Positions 27,230 to 42,174 are shown, numbered from the stretch's first letter. The stretch is 64,000 nt of DNA from Octopus vulgaris (GCA_951406725.2 OX597822.1:14942001-15006000); one strand, 5' to 3'. The notes: generated by a model from the letters alone, not told the origin. A program made the numbers and translations.

Positions 27230-27853
27230 AGAAGAAAAGAAGAAGGAGAAGACGAAGAAAGGGATGAAGAGGAAGAAGGAGAAGAAAGAGAAGAAGGAGA
27301 AGAAGAAGAAGAAGAAGAAGAAGAAGAAGAAGAAAAAGAAGAAGAGGAAGAAGAAGAAGACGAAGAAAGGGAAGAGGAGGAAGAAAGAGAAGAAGGAGAA
27401 GAAAAGGAAAGGAAAGAAGAAGATGAAGAAAGAGAAGATGAAGAAAAAGAAGTCGAAGAAGGGGAAGAAGCAGAAGCAGAAGAAGAAGAAGAAGAAGAAG
27501 AAGAAGAAGGAGAAGAAGAAGGAGAAGACGAAGAAGGGGAAGAAGAAGAAGTCGAAGAAGGGGAAGAAGAAGAAGACGAAGAAGGGGAAGAAGAAGAAGT
27601 CGAAGAAGGGGAAGAAGAAGAAGACGAAGAAGTGGAAGAAGAGGTATCGAAGAAGAAGTAGAAGAAGAAGGAGAAGGGGAAGGAGAAGAAGAAGAAGAAG
27701 GGGAAGATGAAGAAGAAGAAGAAGGAGAAGGGGAAGAAGGGGAAGAAGGGGAAGAAGGGGAAGAAGGGGAAGAAGAGAATGATGAAGAAGAAGAAGAAGA
27801 AGAAGAAGAAGAAGAAGAAGAAGAAGAAGAAGAGAAGGAGAAGGGGAAGGAGA
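27144..27853. repeat. About 700-bp degenerate (GAA)n polypurine tract with 24/48-nt and 9-nt higher-order units
   Basis: aagaagaagaag[t/a]cgaagaagggg repeated at about 27526-27635; gaaggggaa repeated at about 27727-27772. Confidence 0.95.
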
Positions 27854-28172
27854 ATTGCTGGTTCTTAATACAAAAACTTTCATTGGGGAAAAATAAAATC
27901 ACTGATTTTATTTCATTTGTCAACTGTCTTTAGTATTTATAACAACGAATATGAAACATAAATGAGAAATTTCTCATAATATTGGAATTTAATGAGGCGT
28001 AGAATTGTAACTTGGTCAGAAATTTACTTAGTCTGCTGTATCAATGCATCAATCAATTATTCTTGTGGGATTTGTCGCAAAAGTGATCAAATACGCCAAA
28101 GAAAGAACATAAAGGTATGTAAGATCATTGAATCACTGACAATAAGTGTGAACGTGTTTAAAAATATACATG

Positions 28173-28212
<40 letters not shown>

Positions 28213-28276
28213 CACATATACATATGTATGTTGGTATACATATATATATATACATACACATATACATATGTATGTT

Positions 28277-28316
<40 letters not shown>

Positions 28317-28318
28317 CG

Positions 28319-28350
<32 letters not shown>

Positions 28351-28367
28351 CATACATACATGCATAC

Positions 28368-28420
<53 letters not shown>

Positions 28421-30250
28421 ATTACATAGACTTTCTCCATATATTATACCTAATCAATTTTTCCATTTATATTTCAATTGTTTTATATTCTATGCGTCCA
28501 TCATTATATTTCTAACTAATTGCAGAATATCTATAAATATTTTATGCCATAGATTTGTTCGTTTCATCTATAGTGAATCACTTAGCTGAACAGCAGCCAA
28601 CGTAAAACTCTGAGTAGCATCACCGTGTAATTTAAACACTACAACTAATATTTACCTCCTTCTTTTCTCTTTTCAGTAATTAATTTACTTTTTATAAATG
28701 CATACGTGTGTGCATGTGTGTGCGAGTACGTGTGTGTATGGGTGCACGTGTTAGTATATTTGTGTGTGTATATGTGTGCGTTCGGCCCAAATTTAATAGG
28801 TTGCATAAAATGTAAAGAAAACGCATCATCTCACTTAAAATATAAAAAAGTATTTTAAAAAAACCCAAAATATCAACTAAATCATGGCTGTGAGATTACA
28901 CACGCACACACTGACACACGCTTCCATACCTTCAACGAAATTCACTCAAAAGTGATTAATTGACCCGGACACTTGCAGGAGGTGCAGCGCAGTGGGATTG
29001 AACCTAAAGCCTTGTTGTTTCAAGGCAAAAGCTTCTTGAGTGCACATCCATACCTGCGGCTATATGTAAATTTTTAATTAAGGTGAGGCACAGTAGCACG
29101 AGTTGTGACAACGCTCACCTCAGATCATTTTAGAACCATAAAGTTCCGTCAGTAAATACTGTGAGGCAATTTTTGCGAGATGCGCCAATATACTTCCGGG
29201 AATTAAACTCTTAGAACGGTGGTTCTTAAACATTCTTTACTTATAAATGTCTTTGATTCCTGTTTTACTTCGATGAACTCCCATAGTTGTTCGATGTTTG
29301 AAAAGATCCTATTATAATTTTAAAATTATTTATTATTCAGAGTTCTATAAAACAAAAACTTGATAGCATATTCTATGTATTCAAAAGTATTCGCAATTTA
29401 TTGCAGATAAATTTGAAGAATAAAATCTAACATAGAACTCGAAAGATAATCTGGACCCATGTTGAAATCTATTGGCTTAGAAGCTACTTTAGTTGAAATT
29501 ATCCGTGCTAGATAGCGAACTAGATATTTTCATTCGGAAATCTAACACGTAGTAAACAGGTAACGTTTGCAAATCTCGTTTTATTGAATAATCTCTGTAA
29601 ATACAGACCTTATCATGACAGATATTATCTGATTTCGAAGATTTGAGCTGCATCTAACACACGGCAAGAATTTGTCGCAAAGACACGCTTTTAATCAATT
29701 TAAAATTCCAAAGACGTGTTTAACAACAATTTTGTCACATTTACGGAAACTAGATAAGAGACGTGCTTAAATATATTTCTACTCATTAATACTTTAATAT
29801 ATTGTCACTTCTTATTTTGGTTTGGAACTACAGGTGTTTCTGATCTTTATTAGGAATTCTGCTGCCTTTGAGCAAGTTTCTGATATTTCCAAATCAGGTA
29901 CCAGAATCAAAATTTCACACGGCCATGATTACGATACTTCAAGAAATGTCAACCTCAAAAATATTGATAAAGATGTCGGAAGCAATGACAAGGTTGATCC
30001 TAAGAGGAAGTTGCAAAGGTGGCCTGTAGCAAAGTAGTCATATTTTCTATGCAAGTGTAACACAAACACAACCGTTTTTCTTCTCTGCATACGTTTAAAT
30101 ATTTTCCTTACAACAATTGATCTGATATCAAAATTTGATTCTGCGGTTTAATTTCACACGTCCAGTAGACCTACAAAGTTTATAGGTTTGCTCCGCTTTC
30201 TCAGAATAAGCCAAGCAATATATTCACCATACTCATACCTACACCTACCA

Positions 30251-30338
<88 letters not shown>

Positions 30339-30467
30339 GTATGTATATATAAATGTATATATATGTATATATATGTGTATATATATGTATATATATGAAT
30401 ATAGATATACATGGATATATGTTTATATTCCGTTAAGTAAATATGTGTGTGTCTGAGTGTGTATTTG

Positions 30468-30566
<99 letters not shown>

Positions 30567-30746
30567 ATATATATATATTTATATATACGTATCTATACAT
30601 ATAATTATAAAGTAATATAATATTAAATTACGGAGGATATATTATAAATAATTAATAACTATATATGAATATATTAATGACCAAACATGATTCCCTCTTA
30701 GTTATAACTATGATTTGTTCATAATTTTAAACATTCTTCTTATACA

Positions 30747-30810
<64 letters not shown>

Positions 30811-30813
<3 letters not shown>

Positions 30814-31019
30814 CGGGAAGGTTTACGAAAATAAACAAAAGACGAAGGCAGGTGGAGTACAAACAAACAATTGTATTAGTATGGCGCTCAGGAATAGAAA
30901 TAAAACAAGTCTTTTACGTTTCGAGCCTACGCTCTTCGACAGAAAGATACACAGAAAAGAAACAAGGAGAGAAACAAAGAGAGAAAAAAATTGCGTGTAG
31001 GGTCTAACGATCCAACATG
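30811..31019 (-). mobile_element. Penelope-like pLTR fragment ending in (TA)n
   Basis: Carries a minimal hammerhead-like motif; its 3' end runs into the (TA)n at 30750-30812. Confidence 0.6.
30910..30947 (-). ncRNA. Minimal hammerhead-like ribozyme with CUGUCGA core variant
   Basis: Minus strand: tcttt CTGTCGA a GAGC gtag GCTC GAAAC GTA aaaga (stem I 5 bp, stem II 4 bp, palindromic ACGT stem III). Confidence 0.6.
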
Positions 31020-31079
31020 TTTACACATACACACACATATACATATAATTATAAACATTCGTCTCATATATACATATCA

Positions 31080-31558
<479 letters not shown>

Positions 31559-32169
31559 GCATGTTTCATGAAGTACACGATGGCGTTCAAGGTTTATCTT
31601 TACGTTTAATACTTTTCTTATTAACATTTTTTTTGTCTTTGATTTGGAATATTTGGAATAGTATAATTCCAAAACCGATATCTCACGTTTCTCGATTTTT
31701 ACAGTCTCTGATTTAGTAACACTTCTGTTCCAAATCAACTATAAAAAAGTTAATAAGAAAATAATATAACAACATAAAAGAAAAAAAAAGATAAAACTTG
31801 AACATAGTCGTGTATTTGATGAAAAATGCATTAAAGAAAAGTATTCCCCATATAAACACCCACCCACCCATGGATGTACACATATTAATATATGTGTGTG
31901 TGTGCGTGTGCTCGGGCGTGTGAACATATTTTAACGGATGCACAAAGCCAATATTAAGAAATACCTCTGTGAATCTTACATAAGTTTCTAATTGTGAAAC
32001 AAAGCCGGCATGTTTGAAGGGAAGTACTTGAGAATTGTACTTTGTTTTATCGTCCACCCAATGATGAAATGCGCCAGATTTGAACCCAGACCGTAAAATG
32101 TCGGAAATGACGCAAGGCAGTACTTCCGACATCCCAACGTGTCTGCATATAGTAGTAGTAGTAGTAGTT

Positions 32170-32229
<60 letters not shown>

Positions 32230-32239
32230 TGACATGTAG

Positions 32240-32437
32240 GTTATTCCCTACTCCTGGCGGGTGGCACTTTTGCACCACTCAAGCTACAACCCTCCAACCA
32301 ACGGGTCTGATTAGGTAATCGTTGTTTGTGAGGACTTTACGAGGTCGGAGTGCAAATCTTACCTCAATCACATTTAGTCGCATCTTACGACACGCAGAGG
32401 AAACGGTGGGGATATTCTTTCATATGCCGCTCCCCAT
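32240..32437 (-). mobile_element. Probable LINE 5' UTR fragment with TGTCGTAAGA-TGCGACTAA stem-loop
   Basis: Minus strand ggggagcggc...tccccaccg...ctgcgtgtcgtaagatgcgactaaa; recalled as a 5'-end motif of RTE-type elements. Confidence 0.5.
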
Positions 32438-32439
32438 GC

Positions 32440-32556
32440 AACAGTGAAGCAACGTGAAATAAAATGCTTTGCTGAAAGACACGCCTCTTGTTCCGGGAAT
32501 CGAACCGAAAATCTGGTGATCGTGGGCAAAACACCCTAACCACTTAGCTACTACGC
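32440..32556 (-). mobile_element. tRNA-derived SINE head (family D); related copy at about 40080-40240
   Basis: Minus strand tagctaagtggttagggtg...cacgatc...ggttcgattcccgg gives clear A and B boxes. Confidence 0.7.
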
Positions 32557-33429
32557 ATCTTCACACACATGTATATAACACGATCAAGTATGGATACATA
32601 TGTACATGCATATTAAATACATAAAGCTAAATGTTAAGAGCGAATGTTGAAAAATGTTGAACAAAATATTGTTTAATATAATTTTTCGCTGAAGCATAAC
32701 GGAACAACAATTATCGTGTCAGTACTAACAGAGATATAGAACGCATTGTGATTTCTACCAGTTCAATTTACCAATTTTAATATTGATTTATTTTTTCGTT
32801 TCTTTTAATATCTGTTCCATACCCCAGTGAATATCTCTCCGCACTTAGATGGTTTCAGCAACGTAATGAATAGTTTATACGAGAATCGGTTGCTAGTTCT
32901 TCGCTTAAACTTCTCCATTTTTAGGGTAAAAAATACGGGAATTGATTCCCTATGACCTTCTCCCATTGCAATGCAACCAATTCCATAAAGGGGAAGAAGA
33001 GAGAAAGAGGGAGAGAGAGAGAAGTAGGGTCCCTGAAAGATAAATGGGGAAGTTGTGTATACCGGTAGCGGATTGAACTTAAGTGTGTAGGAGGAATGAA
33101 TTCGGCAACGCGCTCTATCCAAAGTGCCAAAGACTTCATTATTAATTTTCTCCTTTATTTGTCCTCCAATATTTTCATTATAGTTTTTGTATGTGACTTT
33201 ATTAAAATAGTTCTTCAGCGACATTGATGATAACATATAAAGTATTTTTAATTAAAAAGAAATTCCCACCACAACATAATCATCCTCACCAGCACAGATA
33301 ACTTAGCTCTGTTCCTCATCGTGAATGCTTATTTCTCGAGTTCTAGAACTCACAAAACCGGTTACTTGGATTCCCCAGCGTAAAGGTAACCCATTGAGCG
33401 GAATGCTGGTCCGTTGCAAGGTTGAAGAC

Positions 33430-33625
33430 CCAAAACTTTTGAGGGGCGGGGTAAGTCGATTACATTAACCCCATTACTTGACTAGTACTTGATTTTATAG
33501 ACTCGAAATGGGTGAAAAGCAAACTTTAGCTTGATGGGATTAGAAGTCAGAATTTAAAGAACGGGTATAAATATCGCTAACCATTTGTTTCGCGTTCCTA
33601 ATCATTCTGACCTCACACAGCCTTT
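33430..33625 (-). mobile_element. Degenerate SINE family B
   Basis: taagtcgattacatt...tagtactt...gtgaaaagcaaa matches family B in reverse. Confidence 0.6.
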
Positions 33626-34950
33626 CATCGTAAATATCTCTCCGATTTTAAAGGCAGTGACGGTTCAGCTTAACTGACGATACAGTAAGTGCCAAGCATC
33701 TAAACGACAGAATGGCTGGTGTCGACTAAACACTGGGAAGTAATATCCACGATGGCCGAAGTCCAATAAGTGAAGTAAGTAAAAGATAAACGTTGTATAT
33801 AGATAGAATGCCGTTTCATATTCCATAAACACATTCCTTCTTTATTGCAATGCACTGAGTTTTGCAGAAGAAATCTAATAATAGACGAAGCGTGTCCGGA
33901 GTTTTCATCTTTATGCCAACTAAATTCTTTGATTTATTACTCACCCACAATAGTGTTACGCGTTTGTTTTCTGTTGCATTTCTTGATCAGAATTGTTAAT
34001 CCAGATAATGATTCTAAATTCTTTACCAGGGAATTGCTTTGATCTCGAAACTGTGTATTGAAGTTAAAACAATTTACAGCGTGGAAAACACGTTAGGCAT
34101 TAAAAAAAAGCCTGTTTCGCCACAAACCAAAAGCAGTAGAACCGTGTCAGTGACCAGGTCACAGTTTGCACGACGAACATTTTGACACCAATGCTAATGC
34201 TTAAATTAGCAGTTTTTGAACGGCTAATATGGGTTCCAAGATGTAATTGGTGCAATTATAATAAATTAAGACATACTGTCTCACTACATTACGTATGTTA
34301 GCAACGCACTAAAATTGGGATCTTTTACCGAGTAGGATCTTAGGTAGTTTTCCCCTACACCTGTCTTTAAAAGGGTGAGTTATAGTGCGTTACCTGGTGT
34401 TGTATTTATGTACAGTTACACGCTTCAATGAATTTGTGTAATCTCATAAATTATTTGCCTCAAGTTCACAAACTTATCCGTTAGTGTACGCTTTCTTTGG
34501 CGGAGAAGTATAATACGGGTTTTAATTAAATTTACACTTAACGAATGTCAAGAACATTATATGATTAACGGAGGTTTTGCGAACATGCCGTTGTGGTTTT
34601 TAAGTACTTGTAGTCAGGAATAAACGAGATATGTTAGCGAAACAATCCTGTCGTAAATTCCATTCTCTTCAGCGAACCGTGAGTGGAATTGTACATGAAT
34701 GGCCATAGAAGAATTCTTCATTAGTAATTCCAAATACAGAGAGAACACACACACACACACATACACACACATACACACACACACACACACGCACACACAC
34801 TCATACATACACGCACACGTATATACTAATGTTGTTAACTCTCAACCATGCTAATAAATGCAGACAGTTTTACATGTAAATATAACGTTTCAGTATAAAG
34901 CATTTACGTATAAACTTTTATATAAAAAAATTACACACACATCGCTAAGA

Positions 34951-35013
<63 letters not shown>

Positions 35014-35112
35014 TGTGTGTGTGTTTGTGCGTGTGTGTGTGTGTGTGTGTAAAATACAGGTAACTTGAAGAACAAAGTACACACGTACATACATGTAAAT
35101 ATAATCTTTTTT

Positions 35113-35237
35113 ACTCTAGGCACAAAGTTCGAAATTTTGAGGAAGGGAGCTAGTCGATCACATCGACCCCAGTACGCAATTGACACTTAATTTATCGATC
35201 CCGAAAGGATAAAGGGTAAAGTCGACTTCGGCGGAAT
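35113..35237 (-). mobile_element. SINE family B partial
   Basis: cgaaaggataaagggtaaagtcgacttcggcggaat. Confidence 0.75.
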
Positions 35238-35300
35238 ACATGTACATATAATGTTGATATGTATGCATATCACAGATGCAAAGGTACATACACTTCTCTG

Positions 35301-35385
<85 letters not shown>

Positions 35386-35388
35386 ATA

Positions 35389-35454
<66 letters not shown>

Positions 35455-35455
35455 C

Positions 35456-35486
<31 letters not shown>

Positions 35487-35502
35487 TCTACCTACCTATC
35501 TA
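35301..35502. repeat. (TATC)n microsatellite
   Basis: Directly visible. Confidence 0.95.
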
Positions 35503-35537
35503 TCTCCCCCTATTACTTTATGCATATATATATATCT

Positions 35538-35927
35538 GTGGCTGTGTGGTAAGTAGCTTGTTTACCAACCACATGGTTCCGGGTTCAGTCCCACTGCGTG
35601 GCACCTTGGGCAAGTGTCTTTTACTATAGCCTCGGGCCGACCAAAGCCTTGTGAATGGATTTGGTAGACGGAAACTGAAAGAAGCCTGTCGTATATATAT
35701 GTATGTATGTGTGTATGTGTTTGTGTGCCTGTGTTTGCCCCCCTAGCATTGCTTGACAACAGATGCTGGTGTGTTTATGTCCCCGTTACTTAGCGATTCG
35801 GCAAAAGAGACCGTTAGAATAAGTACTGGGCTTACAAAAGAATAAGTCCCGGGGTCGAGTTGCTCGATTAAAGGCGGTACTCCAGCATGGCCGCAGTCAA
35901 ATGACTGAAGCAAGTAAAAGAGTAAAA

Positions 35928-35929
<2 letters not shown>
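35538..35929 (+). mobile_element. SINE family A, near full length
   Basis: Highly similar to the 18357 and 53954 copies. Confidence 0.9.
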
Positions 35930-36006
<77 letters not shown>

Positions 36007-36210
36007 CGGAGATGTACTTGCATAGCAAGTGACCTGATCTGAGATCGTGTGCTGGAACGAAAACGATGCAGCACGAAATTTCAGTGAACAGGTCGCGGTC
36101 TCAAAGCGACGAAAATATTTTGGCAAATTAAATATTTAAATGTTGAAGTGAATCTAACCGATTTTGTGTGTTTTTCTTAAATGGCCTATAAACACCTTCC
36201 ACGCTGCAAT

Positions 36211-36277
<67 letters not shown>

Positions 36278-39010
36278 GTATATATAAAGCTATATCTATA
36301 TCTATATTTATATCTATATCTATATCTATATCTATATATATAAATATATACATATATATATATATAATTTATAATTTATATATATGTGTGTGTGTTTGTC
36401 ATTTTATATATATATTTATGTGTGTGTGTATGGGTGTAATTTTCCAAAGAAACAAATGCACGCATTTATTAACGGCGATATAAACACAGCATGAAAACTG
36501 CAGAGACGCATCCATATAGACAGCAATCTAAAATATATAGAAAAAAAATCATATATGCCTTTATTTTATACTACGAAAGACGCTCCACCACTACATACTT
36601 ATAGGTGTGTGTGTGTGAGTTAGTGTGTGCGTGTGTGCGTGTGTGTGTGTGTGTGAGTTAGTAAGTGTTTATATAATATAGACAACGTAAAGAACAACAC
36701 ACACACACATTTCATACTTATGTGTATCGTACTTTTTAAAACACATTTCCATATACAGAATCTAGTTGAAGACACGCACACAGCATACACGTAGATAAAT
36801 ATTAACAAAAGAAAAATGTATAAAATATTTGCGCCAAATAAAATGTTTAATAAAATTTTCAGTTAAGCATGACGAAAGAACAATTAACGTTAAATGGCGT
36901 GTGTCGGGGGATGCCAAACAGTAAATAACAATCGCCTGCCTGTTTGGTTCCAACTCTTTGCCATATCACTATGGAAACTTTAAAAGATTGATTAACTTCA
37001 TAGGACTCAAAATGTCTGTTTATACCATTATGTTAATATTCTCACATTATTGTATATGTAGGTGGAAGAACCTTTATTTAACGTAGTCCCTTTATACAAA
37101 GACCCTTCATATTCAGTTTTGTTTTCATATACTCTTATGATAGCTGTCAATCTAAATGGTTTTCTTTAACAGTTTAATTAAATGTGCTTAATAATGCATA
37201 GGGAGTACGCAGAACGACGAAACACCACTGATGTACCGTTTAATTTTTAATACGTTCTGACATATTCGAATATGGTTATTTTTGATCACAGTTATTATTT
37301 GTGGACGGTGAAAATCTCTTCACTTTAGACTCTGGGCGTTTATACCACAGGTGATGGTATTTTTCGGTAACGGAAAACAACTGGGATCAGATATTCAGTT
37401 TCGAATCTGCGAAAACATATTGCATTCATACAAGAACAACATTTTCGGGGTAATTCAATTACATTGACCCCCAGTAATCAATTGCTTCTTATTTTATCAA
37501 CCCCGAAAGGATGACAGGCAAAGCTGACCTCAACGGAATTTGAACAAATATATATTGTTTGCCAATCCAGTCACTAGGTATCGTTCGTGAGTCTGATTGT
37601 ACAAAGAAGAAGACAAAGGGATGTGTTGTTTAAGGTGATATGTCTGTTAATTCTGGAAGATGAAACTATACTCTAATGACTCACTTGTTAGTGTGCAACT
37701 TTTAGATTACACCTTACACATATTCGTTCCGGAATTCATTTTAAAACCTTCATTGTGTCTCTATTATCTTAGATGAACAAAAAGAAAAGATGCAGGAAAC
37801 AATAGCATGAAGCTATCAGGAGAATGCTTTAGAATATTTCTGTTATACCTAATTATGTGACAGACGCTTATTAAAAATAACACTAAAATAAAAGATAATA
37901 AAATAATAAGATATAAGAGTAAGCCGAGAAAAATAATTATGAATATATTCAGATTGGATGTGAACGACTTCGTGGTTGTACAATAAATTTGGGTCAATTA
38001 TTTTTCAGAATTATGAATTGCTTCTCTGAAACCATTTACTCGAGAAATGAGAATAGAAATTCAATAAATCTTCTTTCTTCGATGATTATTTTGTAGAGCT
38101 TCTTGTGAAGAAAGCGGAGTCAAAATTACTCCAAATATATAATGCTTTTATTTTCCTTTCCGAAATATCAACACTGGATGTTTCTAAGTTCTTTATTTAT
38201 TTTCATTTTTTTGTTTGTTTGTTTACCTAACAGCAACCATTGTTTGTTGAATTAGAAAACTACTTCTCAAAGAAGTGTGTTTATACAGAAAACGTTGAGA
38301 GGTTCTGTTTGCAAACAATCATCATTATTATAAAATAAGTACGGAGAGTAGCTTTTAGACTCGTGAAGGCGTATATTTGAAGATTACACAGGATTTCATG
38401 CAACAGTCGTCTTCATGATTTCTTTTAACATACCCTAGAAAATAAATTATTTACTAAATGATAGTTTTACATCTTGGCATTTCATTAGAATCTGTCTATT
38501 AGAAAAACAATGACATGCTGTGCATGCTTAGTTTCGTCTCGGATTTTTCTCTATAGCTTTAATGCATTCATCAACGACATAAACTTGTGGAAACACTTAT
38601 TAACAAGCGTAAACTAAAGAGCTTTGAGTCTCCTAACTGTTGTACGTTGTCGCTAATACTGTGCAACATAGCAATTCTTGATTTAAAACATTTTGATGAA
38701 AATACGCTAAAACATGTTTTAGCATGTAATGCGCAAAATGATTCATATCTTTCTATTGACAGAATTATTTCAATGTCAGGCACCATTTACACTCTCTCTT
38801 TTTCTTGAATGCTTTTTATGCAGACCATCCAACATTATTCCGCCCTGTTTCTTATACGAAACTCAGCATATTCTATCCAAAAGATTTCAAAATATTGTAT
38901 TAATTATCACTAAGGTCTGTAACAAACATTTGGTGGAAGACTTTATCCAAAACTCGGTGCAACAACAGACAGGTATTTGCCTGCCTCTACTGGAGTTTGC
39001 ATAATGGTTT

Positions 39011-39119
39011 AATTTTCCATACCCCTAATTTTCTGCCTCCAGCTGTAAAAGTGGACGTGGTAAAAAATTCAATGGGGTGTATCTTCCATTCCAGTTTTCT
39101 TTTTTGCTGGCAACATCAA
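39011..39119. repeat. Dispersed 109-bp repeat, second copy at 43607-43715
   Basis: aattttccatacccctaattttctgcctccagctgtaaaagtgg...caacatcaa occurs twice in direct orientation. Confidence 0.9.
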
Positions 39120-39357
39120 CCTCTCGTTCATTGCTTTCCGTTAGCTTCAGAGATTCTCAAAAAACGGGCAGGAGCGCTGCCCTTATTGCAGTGACCAAAG
39201 CAATATAAAGATGATTTTTGTATCATTTAACACATCCTCCAGCAAGAAAAGGTGGAAGTTGCATAAAGTAAATCTATAATTACAAAAAGAATGAACCTCA
39301 ATCTCACTAGTAGTAGATAACTCGTATTTAAGAATGAACACACACAGACACACAGAC

Positions 39358-39413
<56 letters not shown>

Positions 39414-40279
39414 AGTAAGCTTAAAGATTTGAGCGAGTTGCTACTTACCGACAGATTAATATCAGAACAAAATTTAAAATTTCATATTGAATTACGGGGT
39501 GTCTGATCTTATTTAGAAAAAAGTAAGCGAAGCCATTTATTTTAATCTGATATGAAAAAATGAGCTCTACTTACGGATCAGAGCTGTTGCAAATACATAA
39601 CACACGCATACAAACCACAAACACACACACAAACATATGCACAAACACACGCATGTATATAGATAATCATAGAACGTGACTTAAATTTAACTGAATCACA
39701 AATAACCAGTGTTTAGAATTACTTCGTCAATCATGTATATCCAGGGAAGAAACTGCTAATTATATAATCAGACTTGCTCTTAGTTGCTCTCCATAGGAGG
39801 AAGAAGGCAAAAACAAGAGAGTTTATCCACAAATTATTTAATTACGTCATCTTACACGTGTTTCGGCAACACAAAGGTACGCGCATGCGTGAAACACAAG
39901 CACTAAGCACGCACACACGCAAACGCACACGAGCGTGAATACACAGAGGTGTATATTTGCATAAATGCTGTTTCTCGTGTAAGAGAAAGATGGTCCTGCA
40001 ATCTCTTACTGAACAGCCTGCACAAAGGATTTGTTTATTGTGATCAAATATTTTTGCTGTATATTAGCTCCCTCCACACATAACAGATGCATAGGTTACC
40101 ACACATGTGGAAGTGATTGCAGCGCGATGTGAGATGATGTGTTCTTTTTCTCAAAAACAAAACAAAATTTGTGGTCGGGGAAAGAATCTACGACCGCTTG
40201 ATCGTGAGTGCAGCTCACTAACTTTTGGTCCACGGTTCCCCACAAAATACAAATACAATTTTGTGTATATGTGTGTGTT

Positions 40280-40340
<61 letters not shown>

Positions 40341-40376
40341 GAGAGTGCTCATGTATATGTATATGATATATACAAT

Positions 40377-40571
40377 CGTAGGAATGGCTGTGTGGTAAGT
40401 AGCTTACTTCATGGTACCGGCTTCAGTCCCACTGCGTGGCACTTTCAGCAAGTGTCTTCTACTATAGCCTTAGGCTGGCCAAAGCCTTGTGAATGGATTT
40501 GGTACACAGAAACTGAAAGCCCGTCGTGTATATATATATATATATATATATATAAGTGTATATATACATAC

Positions 40572-40608
<37 letters not shown>

Positions 40609-40858
40609 AGTGTATATATATATATATATATGTATGTAAGTATGTGTGTGTATATGTTTATGTGTCTGTGTTTGTCCTCCCAAAATCGCTTAACAACAGA
40701 TGGTAGTGCGTTTACGTCCCCATAACTTAGCGGTTCTGCAAAACAGACCGATAGAATAAGTACTTGGCTTGCAAAGAAAAAGTCTTGGGGGTAGATTTGC
40801 TCGACTAAAGGCAATGCTCTAGCATGGCCGCAGTTAAATGACTGAAACAAATAAAAGA
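40377..40858 (+). mobile_element. SINE family A with expanded internal (TA)n
   Basis: Same head and tail as the 18357 copy. Confidence 0.88.
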
Positions 40859-40862
40859 TTTT

Positions 40863-40938
<76 letters not shown>

Positions 40939-40982
40939 TCATATATATAACATATAGATATAATAATATAACATAATATAGT

Positions 40983-41045
<63 letters not shown>

Positions 41046-41664
41046 GCTAAGTTGTAACATTCTGTAATTGATATTGTGCCAGAAATATTATAGTGAAACA
41101 AGAAATCTCAAAATATGTTCTCATACTTTTGTTAATTCGAGAAACTTATAATTGATTGAAATTATGAAAAGAAAATAATATTTCATCAATAAAAGAACCA
41201 ACAGAAATTCTAATTTCTCCACCTTTTCTCATACTTGTTAATATTTCATCTAGAAAATTAGCCGAATTGAATTAAACTCGAGAGCTAAATCTGATGTTCA
41301 ATTGTTTTGATTAAAGTGAGGAATGACATAACAACACACTGCTTTGCACATTTCCTCCATGTTGAATTAGGTGTCGGTCAGAAAAATGTCAAATTTTGTA
41401 AACATATTTAGAAGCAAATTAGAGAGAAATAGAACTGTTAACGAATTGAAAGAAACGATGCTTGGAAGACTAATCTAATTACTGTTTCTTAATTAGGAAT
41501 GAAGTTTTTGCTAGTTTATAATTAGGAAGGAAGGTTTAAGTAATTTTCCTCGGGAAACAGTGCAGTGATTAATGTAAGAGAATGTTTTCGGCTTCAGAAG
41601 TAAAGTTTTGATGCATTGTGGGACAAGCAAACAAACAAGTCATCATAATAAGTAATCCGATCTA

Positions 41665-42020
41665 TTTTAAGCACAAGACATGAAATTTTGGAGAAAGGTA
41701 TTAGTCTATTATACCAGACCCCAGTATGTAACTGCTACTTATTTTATCAATCCCGAAGTGATGAAAGGCAAAGTCGACCTCTGTTGAATTTGAATTCAGA
41801 ATGTAAAAAAGACGAAATACCTATTTCTTTACTACCCACAAGGGGCTAAACACAAAGAGGACAAACAAGGACAGACAAATCGATTAAATCGATTATATCG
41901 ATTCCAGTGCGTAACTGGTACTTATTTAATCGACTCCGAAAGGATGAAAGGCAAACTCGACCTCGGCGGAATTTGAACTCAGAACATAATCGACCCCGAA
42001 AGGATGAAATCGACCCCGTA
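41665..42020 (-). mobile_element. SINE family B with two tandem 183-bp units
   Basis: Core at 41773 and 41956. Confidence 0.85.
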
Positions 42021-42023
42021 CCG

Positions 42024-42078
<55 letters not shown>

Positions 42079-42079
42079 G

Positions 42080-42148
<69 letters not shown>

Positions 42149-42174
42149 ATAGTAGTAGTAGTAGTAGTAGTAGT
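42024..42174. repeat. (TAC)n followed by inverted (TAG)n
   Basis: Polarity switch at about 42148. Confidence 0.95.

Noticed and set aside
26873-27923. Long ORFs of 336, 290 and 148 aa
   Set aside because: They are translations of the (GAA)n tract, open in several frames on both strands, with no domain content
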